A stretch of DNA of 64,000 nucleotides from a virus (lineage: Duplodnaviria; Caudoviricetes). Under the pieces are notes generated by a model. That model made no database searches. It was given only the letters and a program-made list of their open reading frames with translations, and was not told the origin of the DNA. The stretch lies in the IMG/VR virus record IMGVR_UViG_3300032007_000028. The stretch is one strand, 5' to 3'. Below are positions 38,315-47,132 of this stretch, one piece after another; positions within the stretch are counted from its first letter, which is position 1, and each line of letters opens with the position of its first letter. A program made the position numbers and the translations under genes.

Positions 38315-38530
38315 TCATTCATCGACTTCATATCCCATCGAATACAACACGTCGTCAGCAAGCCCAAGCCAATGACGATAATCGTCGTCGTTACCCAAAT
38401 TAGGGCACGAATCGCAGTCGTCGTAAGACAAACTGCACGCACTCATCCATCGACCGTCTCCACAGTTCACGAAGACGATGATTTCGCGATTCTCGAAATC
38501 CTGTTCCAAACTAAGTTGTTTCACTTTCAT
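38315..38530 (-). CDS. Hypothetical protein
   Basis: 71 aa, ATGA-coupled. Confidence 0.6.
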   Translation of the reverse strand: MKVKQLSLEQDFENREIIVFVNCGDGRWMSACSLSYDDCDSCPNLGNDDDYRHWLGLADDVLYSMGYEVDE

Positions 38531-38898
38531 TTCATCTTCTCCAACACTAAGTCACGATTCTTTTTGCTGAGTTTGCGTCCCATCACGTAGGAATACGGAA
38601 GATACTTCGACCAAGGTGCTTTGACGCGCTTTACTTCGCGCAACTGCTCGTAGTTGTCTCCCTTCTGCGTGATTTCGTAGACGGTGACCGTACCGTACAT
38701 ATCGACTTTGACTTTGAAGCCTTCTTGAACGCTCTCATTGAGTTCGTCTTCCAGCGCGCGTCTCATCAAGTTGTACTCAGCGTTCTTGTCGCTGTCGTTG
38801 TACACGACGCGAGAAATCTCGCCGAGATTCCAATTGGTCTCGAATTCCTTTTTGCAGATTTCATTCATTCTTTTGGTAAGTTCTTCAGCGGTCATCAT
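38527..38898 (-). CDS. Hypothetical early protein
   Basis: GAGG SD; TTGACA-17-TATACT promoter about 38923-38951. Confidence 0.7.
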   Translation of the reverse strand: MMTAEELTKRMNEICKKEFETNWNLGEISRVVYNDSDKNAEYNLMRRALEDELNESVQEGFKVKVDMYGTVTVYEITQKGDNYEQLREVKRVKAPWSKYLPYSYVMGRKLSKKNRDLVLEKMK

Positions 38899-38947
38899 GG
38901 TCGTTTCCTCTTTTCGATTATAAGTATAGCGAGTCGTTCGACGATTG

Positions 38948-39271
38948 TCAATCTTCGAACGCTTCTGGGAACTCTTCGTGGTTGTAGCGGAAGTTCACGC
39001 GATGCTCGACGATTTCGCGAACGCGCTGAGAACCCATGAATCGAATATGCTTTTGCTCGATTCCAATACCGTCTTCGGTTAAGAGCGTATGATTGGAACG
39101 AAGAATGTCGCTCACGATTTGATTGATGAGGTCTTCTTTGCGAATGGGCTTGAGTTCGTCTGTGTCGTAGTAATGGTTTTCGATGCCACCAACGACGTCG
39201 TTATAGAAGCGGTCTACGACGCCTGCGAGAACTGATTCTTGGAATGTTTTGTAGAAGCTGGATTTTTGCAT
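38948..39271 (-). CDS. Hypothetical early protein
   Basis: GAGGT SD; TTGACT..TATACT promoter about 39299-39327. Confidence 0.7.
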   Translation of the reverse strand: MQKSSFYKTFQESVLAGVVDRFYNDVVGGIENHYYDTDELKPIRKEDLINQIVSDILRSNHTLLTEDGIGIEQKHIRFMGSQRVREIVEHRVNFRYNHEEFPEAFED

Positions 39272-39335
39272 GGTTGTTACCTCTTGAGTTCTTGATTATA
39301 GTATAGCGCGTTCGCAAAGAAAGTCAAGAAAATAT

Positions 39336-39515
39336 TTATTCGGATAGAGATTCTTCCAATTCGTCCGTCGACCCCTCGATGAGACGAATAAGCTGACGAA
39401 GATTGGAAAGACCGTAGAAGTCGTCGACGTAAGAAAGATAGTCGATGGCCGCACGAAGCGAATCCACGATGCCGTCGACCTGATTGAGTGGGATTTTGAC
39501 GATTAAGTCGTTCAT
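39336..39515 (-). CDS. 59-aa hypothetical protein (below ORF-track cutoff)
   Basis: AAGGAG SD, MNDLIVKIPLNQVDG..., TTGACA..TATAAT upstream. Confidence 0.65.
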   Translation of the reverse strand: MNDLIVKIPLNQVDGIVDSLRAAIDYLSYVDDFYGLSNLRQLIRLIEGSTDELEESLSE

Positions 39516-39628
39516 GAGAATTCTCCTTTTTGTTGAACTGAGAATATTATAAACTCGCTATTCATCGTGTGTCAACAAAAAAAGTTCCCGAAACTCGTCG
39601 AGAACTCTTTCGTTGTTCTTTGTTCTTA

Positions 39629-40153
39629 TTAGTCTTTGAGATTGAAGTAGCAATGCAATATGCCATCTTCATCTATTTTTAGATACAGTGCCGTGATATT
39701 GTCTGTATCTAAATTGTCGTATAAATTATACGGTGTACCAGGCCCTCTTCGATAAACCTCATTTTGTAGAGCGATACCGGCTTTTAATGCGTTAAAAGTA
39801 ACTTCACTACCAGCAATGTCTGCCGAGTCTAATGAAATACTATCGTTAAGACATTGGATTTGAACGGAGAATGGATAATCACTAGGTGCATATTTTCCAG
39901 TAAGTACATAGCATTTTGTATATGTATTTTTATCAACAGCAACAAAATCAACTATTGAAAATGACACATCAGTATATGCTTCAAGTGCATCAAATTCCGC
40001 TTTCATGTCCTTGATGTGTTCATGGTAGTAGTCGACACCGTCGATAGTGATGACAGGAACAGGCCCTGCGGGTTCTCCGCCTTCTTCCTTCCTGCCAGTC
40101 TGTTGATTCGTTATGAACGCCAAGATGCGTTCCACGTAGGCTTTCTTTTCCAT
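39629..40153 (-). CDS. YVExI..FITN tag + variable domain protein
   Basis: Shares N-terminus and YFNLK end with 21759 ORF. Confidence 0.7.
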   Translation of the reverse strand: MEKKAYVERILAFITNQQTGRKEEGGEPAGPVPVITIDGVDYYHEHIKDMKAEFDALEAYTDVSFSIVDFVAVDKNTYTKCYVLTGKYAPSDYPFSVQIQCLNDSISLDSADIAGSEVTFNALKAGIALQNEVYRRGPGTPYNLYDNLDTDNITALYLKIDEDGILHCYFNLKD

Positions 40154-40168
40154 ATCTAGATGTTCTCC

Positions 40169-40510
40169 TTACTTTTTCATGCCATTGACGAATGCTATCG
40201 TCTGGTCGATATAGTCGCTTAACTGGTCGATGAACGCATCGAGGTCTATACCTGCCGATTTGCAACTCGCCTTGACGACGTCGATGACCATTTCCTTCTT
40301 CTGCTTGCCTTCTTTGCCGGACTGTTCTGCCTGCTTCATCGCTGAATCAGCTATGTTCTGAATCATCGCCCAGATTTCCGATGCGCTCTTTTGCTTAGTC
40401 GCTTTGATGAAGCCCTTTATCGCGAAGAACGCGCCTATTCCCGTACCGACGAGACCGAAGAGACCTGTGAGTAATGCAATCAATCCGTTTGCCGTTGTAA
40501 TCCAATCCAT
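40169..40510 (-). CDS. Holin-like membrane protein (LL-H type)
   Basis: N-terminal TM helix, AMKQAEQSGKEGKQKKE; late motif at 40547. Confidence 0.55.
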   Translation of the reverse strand: MDWITTANGLIALLTGLFGLVGTGIGAFFAIKGFIKATKQKSASEIWAMIQNIADSAMKQAEQSGKEGKQKKEMVIDVVKASCKSAGIDLDAFIDQLSDYIDQTIAFVNGMKK

Positions 40511-40734
40511 AGTCTATAATAACCTTTCTTTATTTTCGTTTCGTTTAATTTAGCAAGAAGTTCTAGTTGATGAAATAAAAAAGGTAAGTGCGTTTTTCGC
40601 ACTTACCGTTTATGAGATGAATCTGTCGTTATTCGAGAATATCTATTCTTTCATGCGGTCATGGAGGACTTGCGCCTTGCAAGCCCCCCATTCCGCACTA
40701 TTGTAGAATTGAGGTAAGGAATCGAAATGGCGCA

Positions 40735-41370
40735 TTAAGCCTGTTCTTCAACCCACTGCATAGTTCCGTTGACACACTTGAGGACATAGGTCTTGGATGT
40801 ATCGCTTGGTTTGCTGGGATAGGCAAATGCGTTTTGCAATTTAAACGCATTGATGTCTACTGAAGCAGCCGTGGTGGAAAGAAAGTTTTTCAATGTTTCG
40901 GATGGTTGGGCATTGTGTTGGGAATTGGAAACAATCGCGTTTTTATATGTTTGAGTGGAATCCTTTACCATCGTTTCAAAATTCAAGGTGTTGACTTGGA
41001 AATTGCCTCCTTGCCATTGCATGACGAAGAAGCCTTTGAAGGTGTATGCGTATTTTTCGCTCGGACTCCAAGGTGCTGGGCCATAGTATCTAACGCTCAA
41101 ATAGCCCTCATATTTTCCGCTTTGATAATCCCAGTCAAGTGCTTCGATGAGGTCTTCTAAAGTTGAAATTTCTTCCGATGAAGTTAGGTCGACTTCTAAA
41201 TAGGTCGGTTCGCCACCGCCTCCTTGGACTTCTTCGTATTCAAGCGCGCCAGTCTCGGCATTGACGTGGAGATACTTATCCGCATCTTCCGCTGTAACCT
41301 CAGGGATACGGGCATCTTGAATGTTATATTCCTGATTGTCCTTTTTTACTTTGTTTACGAATTCTGACAT
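40735..41370 (-). CDS. Fibre/adhesin-like protein, FVNKVKK..DARIP tag family (copy B)
   Basis: Shared N- and C-termini with 22356. Confidence 0.7.
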   Translation of the reverse strand: MSEFVNKVKKDNQEYNIQDARIPEVTAEDADKYLHVNAETGALEYEEVQGGGGEPTYLEVDLTSSEEISTLEDLIEALDWDYQSGKYEGYLSVRYYGPAPWSPSEKYAYTFKGFFVMQWQGGNFQVNTLNFETMVKDSTQTYKNAIVSNSQHNAQPSETLKNFLSTTAASVDINAFKLQNAFAYPSKPSDTSKTYVLKCVNGTMQWVEEQA

Positions 41371-41377
41371 CTAAAAA

Positions 41378-41477
41378 ATCTCCTATGATTATATCGTCAC
41401 AGAAGACTTTCATTGGGTTACCCCCCCCCTACGCAAGCGCAGAGAGGAAGCAACTGCGACGTTCAGTTAATTTAGCG
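41378..41477 (-). promoter_or_regulatory. Late promoter + G9-tract hairpin + SD-occluding hairpin leader (copy B)
   Basis: C9 at 41421-41429; AGTCTTCTGTGA/TCATAGGAGATT stem. Confidence 0.7.
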
Positions 41478-42105
41478 TAAGAAGATGGGAGTTTTCGTAG
41501 ATGACTTTGACGATGTTTTCCGGATAATGAGCTTCTAGACCGAATCTATAATCGTTCTTCAGTTTAATCGCTCTTACTGGATTCTTTCTGAAGGGATGCA
41601 ACCAAGAAACCAGACTGTGTTGCATGTTGATTATTGTGAGACCGTAGAATCTGTAACGGAATATCTTATCTATCTTCGAGAATATCTTGGGCACTTCCAG
41701 AACATAAGTCTTCGTTCTTACGTCGGGTCTTACTGCCATCGCGTGTTCGTGAAGAAGCATGGCGAGGGCACCGCCATAACTACAGCCGTAAATGTATATG
41801 TTTTTATACCTATATTTACCGTTTTCCTTCGCGAGTATGTATTCGTCGAATTTGTCCACGAATTTCTCGAACGCGTCGACGAAACCACCATGCACTTTGT
41901 ATTTCGCGGCCTTCGATTCGTACCAACGCGCTCTGAAGTCGAAGCAACGCAACCAAGTCACGTCGTCGCACGCTCCGCCAAAATACAAGAACAAAGCGTC
42001 GTCTTTGGATTCGACTTTATAATAGGTACCACCGTATTTCAGTGGCTTTTTCATGAACAAGCATTTGCACAAGTTATCAATATGATTCATCATCTTCGCC
42101 TCCAC
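41467..42105 (-). CDS. Class 3 lipase-like alpha/beta hydrolase
   Basis: KVHGGF and GCSYGGA (GxSxG) motifs. Confidence 0.75.
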   Translation of the reverse strand: MEAKMMNHIDNLCKCLFMKKPLKYGGTYYKVESKDDALFLYFGGACDDVTWLRCFDFRARWYESKAAKYKVHGGFVDAFEKFVDKFDEYILAKENGKYRYKNIYIYGCSYGGALAMLLHEHAMAVRPDVRTKTYVLEVPKIFSKIDKIFRYRFYGLTIINMQHSLVSWLHPFRKNPVRAIKLKNDYRFGLEAHYPENIVKVIYENSHLLTLN

Positions 42106-42153
42106 AACTTAACGCACAGCGTGACGATGACGGTTTTAATCAATATGAACAAG

Positions 42154-43557
42154 TTACGCATTCGCCATCAACAAAGTAGAGCACTGCACGACGAACGATT
42201 CACCTGGTTTGTAGCTTTCGTAGTTTGAAAGCGAAAGATACGATTGATGCTGTGCGTCCAACGGAATCGTGAATGTATCGCCTATCGTAACTTCGTATTC
42301 CTTACCGTCTATGAGAACAACGCCCTTCTCAGGCATTGGCTTGAGCCAACGCGTCGTTCTTTCTATGAACGCTCTGTCGTCTTCGTCACCGTAGCCATCT
42401 GGTAGCTTTTCTATGAAATGCGCGTCGAGAGCAGGTTTCGAATAACGACGGAACGAGCAGTCGAACAATCTTCTAGCGTAATCGGAATCGACGTATTCTG
42501 TCATTTCGTCCACAAAACCCTCGTCTGTGTTCACGTGACCCAACGACCGTATGAACGATATCAACTCATCCGAATAATTCATCGAATTCTTGTTGCCTTT
42601 TAAGAATGTTTCCAAATCATACCCGAACATCAAATCGCCGCCCGTCAATAGGTCTTCTGTTATTATGGAACCGACCATAGGCGTATAGACGGAACAAGCG
42701 CGTAATTTCGAATCAGACAAATCGATGTGTTCTATTGTAGAGACGGCTTCGTCAACGAATGACCCGTTTTCATAACGAGCAAGAACAAGCGAGTCAGCAG
42801 TCAAACTCTGAGAATTCTTCTGTGATATGAACTGATATAAGCCGAGTTTTCTGTTATATACGGTATGTCCACCACCGACTATATTCAATTCCCTGCCACT
42901 TTCCGTGGTGAGCTTAACACACGAATGCGCAGAGCCGGCTGGTCCAACGGATATCGTGAGAGGGTACGTGGCGACGAACGTTTTCGCAAACGGGTCGTAA
43001 GTCACCAATCTGTCCGTATATTCGATGTCTTCTATCTTTTTGTAGGAACCGTCTGCGAGCAATACTCTCGTACCTTCAAGCAAACATACTAGCGTAGGCG
43101 TAGCCGACGCATCCAAATTCACCACTACAGAACCAGTGAAATCAGACAAAGTGAAACGTATCGTCGAGCCTAAAATTGTGTCGGCGGTCTCCGTTCTTAC
43201 GTTCGAAACTGTGCAATTTGTGGCGGATACGTCAGATGTCGAGAAATTATATTTGTTATAGGGTGCGCCAGCAGTACTGTTTTCACTGCCTCCGTATGCG
43301 ATGAAATCGTATGACAATTCTTGTATTGTCTCAGGTGCCGGCCCTGTTTTTCTACCCGTCCATACCATAGCGTCTTCAATCAATTCGTTTATACCTGACA
43401 CCTTGCTTGTGAGATTGTACGTAAACTTCAGTACTCCAGGCGTCGGACCTGGCCCAGATTCGGGAGACACTTCATCGTCGCCGAAAAACATCTTGGTGAC
43501 CTCTTTGTCGCCAACGAATATCTTCGTTATCTTCTTATCACCTATGTATAATGGCAT
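42154..43557 (-). CDS. Virion-type protein with central Hint (intein-like) domain
   Basis: LYIGDKKITKIFVGD tag; V-CLLEGTRVLLADGSYKKIEDI; no terminal HN. Confidence 0.7.
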   Translation of the reverse strand: MPLYIGDKKITKIFVGDKEVTKMFFGDDEVSPESGPGPTPGVLKFTYNLTSKVSGINELIEDAMVWTGRKTGPAPETIQELSYDFIAYGGSENSTAGAPYNKYNFSTSDVSATNCTVSNVRTETADTILGSTIRFTLSDFTGSVVVNLDASATPTLVCLLEGTRVLLADGSYKKIEDIEYTDRLVTYDPFAKTFVATYPLTISVGPAGSAHSCVKLTTESGRELNIVGGGHTVYNRKLGLYQFISQKNSQSLTADSLVLARYENGSFVDEAVSTIEHIDLSDSKLRACSVYTPMVGSIITEDLLTGGDLMFGYDLETFLKGNKNSMNYSDELISFIRSLGHVNTDEGFVDEMTEYVDSDYARRLFDCSFRRYSKPALDAHFIEKLPDGYGDEDDRAFIERTTRWLKPMPEKGVVLIDGKEYEVTIGDTFTIPLDAQHQSYLSLSNYESYKPGESFVVQCSTLLMANA

Positions 43558-43578
43558 CGTGACTCCTTTCTCAGGCCA

Positions 43579-44124
43579 TCACTTAGCCTCGTTGAGAATC
43601 TGCTTCTTCTTAGTAGTGGATTTTCTGCTTGCCTGCTTACGCTTCTTTTCGTATTCCTCTTTCGTTAGCAACTCGTCGAATCTTCTCATGACGTCTGCGA
43701 TGAAAGAATTGCCATCGAGTGCGGAATATGACTCGTATAAATCGTGGATATTCGTATAGTCCCAGTCGTTCCTATAGCCCTTTTCTACGCATCTATAGTA
43801 GCAGGTTAAAATATCGTTTCTCAAAGACGAAAGCGTACCACCGCCTATTGCGTCCAACTTCTTGGACATTGGGATGACCTTCTCGTCTATCTTATCGCAA
43901 ATCGTCTTGACCAATTGTGCGTATTCCTGCTCCGCTTTCATATATTCCAGTTCCTTGAGTTTCTTCTTCTTTTCGTCGTTCTCTTTATCGCGCTTTTCGA
44001 AGAACTTGTCCAGATTGCGTTTGATAAGATAACCTACGATACCGGAAACCAACGCGCTGGCCGCTATCGATATCAACGTTATCGCCCATCCAGGCATGTC
44101 CAGTAATACGCTTTCGTAAATCAT
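43579..44124 (-). CDS. Membrane-anchored coiled-coil protein (possible lysis accessory)
   Basis: N-terminal TM; LRNDIL..Y..LYESYSALDGNSFI; late motif at 44142. Confidence 0.6.
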   Translation of the reverse strand: MIYESVLLDMPGWAITLISIAASALVSGIVGYLIKRNLDKFFEKRDKENDEKKKKLKELEYMKAEQEYAQLVKTICDKIDEKVIPMSKKLDAIGGGTLSSLRNDILTCYYRCVEKGYRNDWDYTNIHDLYESYSALDGNSFIADVMRRFDELLTKEEYEKKRKQASRKSTTKKKQILNEAK

Positions 44125-44182
44125 TTTCGCTTATCTCGTTTAATTTAGCATAAACGCTAAAAACGAAAACGTGACTTGCGTC

Positions 44183-44345
44183 ACGTCTCTACGTCTCTAC
44201 GTCTCTATAACGTTTTTTGGAGTTTTATTTAAGTTGTTTTTTGGAATGTTTTTTGAACTTTTATTTTTATGAATCGTTTTTTGAACGATGAATGAATATA
44301 ATAAGTTCTTTATTTATTATACAACGAATTTAGGATTTGAACAAA
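44183..44345. repeat. AT-rich element with GTTTTTTG iterons (copy 2, inverted)
   Basis: (ACGTCTCT)x3, 4x GTTTTTTG, shares 21-mer and TACAACGA box with 16861-16992. Confidence 0.65.
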
Positions 44346-44363
44346 ATGAACAAAATTTTTTAT

Positions 44364-45671
44364 TTAATCTATATTCACCCAACTAGAGCCATCATATAAG
44401 GCACTCGTTACTTCCTCACCTTGCCCACTAGAATTTCCTATATAGGTTTTTAATGGACTTATAGAAATGACCATATTATCATTATTAACCAAATTAAAAC
44501 TGCTCTGGCTCTGCCCTTCCACTATAAGTAGGTTGGATTGTTGCAATGGCAAGGAAAGATTAACCACATAGCCATTGTTACTTATAGCACTAGCGCCAGA
44601 CCCGTTTTTGCCACCAAAGTAATAAATATGTTCATCATAACATACATAGGCAGACTTATTGATTGTTGTTGGCAAAATATCACTAGTGGCAGTAAAAGTT
44701 TCCGTTGAGGGGTCAAATTCCAATGCGTTTCTATAATAGGTTGAAACATAGTAGCCCCCAAGTAGATAAACCTTTCCATTTAAGGCACCAACCACTGGGT
44801 TAAATCTTTCAATGTTACTGCCAGATGGGTATTCAAGGCTGACAACGGTTTCTGTATCTACCTTGAATTTGCATGCCCACCCATCATAGGAAGAAGTCTT
44901 ATAAATATAAATATATCCACCAACCAAAAAACAAAAACCCCCATTGGCATTTATTTTTGCTGGTAAAGTAGTACTCAATGTGGTTATTGTGTCCGTTGTT
45001 GTATCAAACTTATAGATGGACGTTGTATTATCCCCGAACACATATATATTAGTGCCAACGGCAAGAGCAAAAACTATGCCACTATTAGGTAAAGTAGCAC
45101 TCAGTGTAGAAATAAACTCATTGGTTGCATTAAACTTGTAAATCGTGGATACGGTGGATTGACCATAACCTCCAAATATATATATATTATTTCCCACGGT
45201 TACACAGGAAGAATACAAAGTAAAAAGGGCTTGCGGTAATCGGGTTGATAAAGTTGTAATTCTATCACTAGATATATCGTACCTATGTATCACATCTGTT
45301 TTACTAGATGCATTGCTCCCTGTGCCACCAAAAATATAGATTTTGCCATTATAGTAAGCAGCACCTGAACCGTATAACGAAGATGGCATGGTGATGGATA
45401 ACTGGTCTACATTAAGATTCTTTTCCGCCGTTTTTGAAACTACTACTTTAGTTGCGCTAGTATTTGTCTTCACCCACAACTTTGTCGTGTCTTCAGGCGC
45501 CGTCGTGGAAGAGAAGTGAATGTTGCCCTCTATGCTGCCACCCGTTTCTATACTGTCTATCTCGTCAGCAAAATCGACTGGATGTATCAATTCGGCTTTC
45601 TTGGTTTTTGCGCGTATGGCGTTTGCGGTATCCGTGAATATGTCGTTCAGATTTGGATTGGATTGTGCCAT
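44364..45671 (-). CDS. ANAIR tag + Kelch beta-propeller protein
   Basis: Six IYIFGG-type repeats; N-terminus like 54934 ORF. Confidence 0.8.
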   Translation of the reverse strand: MAQSNPNLNDIFTDTANAIRAKTKKAELIHPVDFADEIDSIETGGSIEGNIHFSSTTAPEDTTKLWVKTNTSATKVVVSKTAEKNLNVDQLSITMPSSLYGSGAAYYNGKIYIFGGTGSNASSKTDVIHRYDISSDRITTLSTRLPQALFTLYSSCVTVGNNIYIFGGYGQSTVSTIYKFNATNEFISTLSATLPNSGIVFALAVGTNIYVFGDNTTSIYKFDTTTDTITTLSTTLPAKINANGGFCFLVGGYIYIYKTSSYDGWACKFKVDTETVVSLEYPSGSNIERFNPVVGALNGKVYLLGGYYVSTYYRNALEFDPSTETFTATSDILPTTINKSAYVCYDEHIYYFGGKNGSGASAISNNGYVVNLSLPLQQSNLLIVEGQSQSSFNLVNNDNMVISISPLKTYIGNSSGQGEEVTSALYDGSSWVNID

Positions 45672-46594
45672 CAGTAGCTACCTCCTATCGCTGTCGCTGT
45701 GTCACCGATGTTGAACGCATTGAACGTGACGATGCCCGTGGACTTCACTACGACAATTATGTTCACGTGCAAATAAATGCCATTCAGAGTCATGTTGGAG
45801 TATTGAACGTTCGTGCCGTCGTCTGCTTGAAAACTGCATCTCACGTTGTTGAATTCGACGGGTCTATGAGCGAGCATAGCACTGAGCAAGTCGGGCTCCA
45901 CAGTATTCAGATTGTCGCCAGAAGAGATTGTCGTCGAAGAGACGTAAAGTGAGTTTACGTCTGCGCCACCGCTTCCCGTGACCATGTACATGTAACCTTT
46001 GTGTCTATCCTCTTCAGCTGGTTCGTGGTCGAGGACGACCATCTTCATGAAGCCGTCTACGTTATCCGATTCGGGTTCCGTCGTTGCGTAAGGCACGTTG
46101 CCAGTCAAAGACATCGTCGCATTATCGCCTGAATTAGATACCTGAAGCGACCTGTCGAGATTTATGTGTCCGTAGGCACCTCCAAACATAGGGCCTATGC
46201 TAGATACTCTGGCCGTCATCGTGCTTGGCGAATTATTTAGTGTCTTGTTGTATGGTATGTACGTGAGACCTTCTATGTAGTCTCTCGATGTACCTACATA
46301 CATTGGCTTTCTGAACACGTATGCCGTAACTTCTTTCGTGCCCGTCTCAATTGTGACTTGAACGGTCGTCGTACCATATCTTGTGTAGATGAAGTTGTTG
46401 TAATACAGATACTTTGCGGTTTCTATCTTCGCCGCCATCTCGTCGCTTTGAACGCCCAAAGACGTTATCGTGACCGTTTCGGAAGTGTCTATGTCGCCAG
46501 TGCCGATGATTGATTGACTGTTTACCGTCTTCAACGAACCATCGTATATCTGCTTGAACAGTGCGAGATTGTTCTTATCTACGAATTTGGACAT
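45671..46594 (-). CDS. Tail-fibre-like mosaic protein
   Basis: LKTVNSQSIIGTGDI repeat; P.SDN.DG.KMVVL..EP motif shared with 58372. Confidence 0.6.
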   Translation of the reverse strand: MSKFVDKNNLALFKQIYDGSLKTVNSQSIIGTGDIDTSETVTITSLGVQSDEMAAKIETAKYLYYNNFIYTRYGTTTVQVTIETGTKEVTAYVFRKPMYVGTSRDYIEGLTYIPYNKTLNNSPSTMTARVSSIGPMFGGAYGHINLDRSLQVSNSGDNATMSLTGNVPYATTEPESDNVDGFMKMVVLDHEPAEEDRHKGYMYMVTGSGGADVNSLYVSSTTISSGDNLNTVEPDLLSAMLAHRPVEFNNVRCSFQADDGTNVQYSNMTLNGIYLHVNIIVVVKSTGIVTFNAFNIGDTATAIGGSY

Positions 46595-46613
46595 ATCGTT
46601 TCGCTCCTTTCGA

Positions 46614-47120
46614 TTACCGAGTGTCGGTTACTGTGTCGTCGACGAATGAGCCGAAATTTGTCGCGTCAGCTATATTGCTGACTATTATTCTAAAGGAATA
46701 TGGTGCTGTCGAACCAGAAACATCAAGAGAGTAAAATGTGCTTCCACTTCTAGCGATTATCCTGCGACTGGATAACCCTACACTTGTGGAACTTCCGTCT
46801 GCTACGATTCCGTTTATGAAAGAATCTGGGCTTCCGAAAACCATAGGCCCTGCGTAGTCTCTTATTTGAGTGACGGAAGTGAAAGGAGTGGGTCTGTCGC
46901 AAAAGAATCTGAGAAACTGATTCGGCGCGCCGTTCGTGAATTTCACCTCATGCTTATAGAGTTTCGTGCCTCCCGCGCCAGGTGTCGAAAGAACGTAGTC
47001 GCCCTGCGCGTCGACCACGACTGCTTTACCTTCGTCGGAAGATGTGGCGTCGGGAACACGTGTGTCCTTTATCCCATATTCTACGTTGCTCGATATTATC
47101 TTGTTTATGTATTCTGCCAT
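46614..47120 (-). CDS. Fibre/adhesin-like protein, DARIP tag family (divergent copy)
   Basis: EYINKI..EYGIKDTRVP..GGTKLYKH..DTVT. Confidence 0.65.
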   Translation of the reverse strand: MAEYINKIISSNVEYGIKDTRVPDATSSDEGKAVVVDAQGDYVLSTPGAGGTKLYKHEVKFTNGAPNQFLRFFCDRPTPFTSVTQIRDYAGPMVFGSPDSFINGIVADGSSTSVGLSSRRIIARSGSTFYSLDVSGSTAPYSFRIIVSNIADATNFGSFVDDTVTDTR

Positions 47121-47132
47121 ATTCGTTACTCC

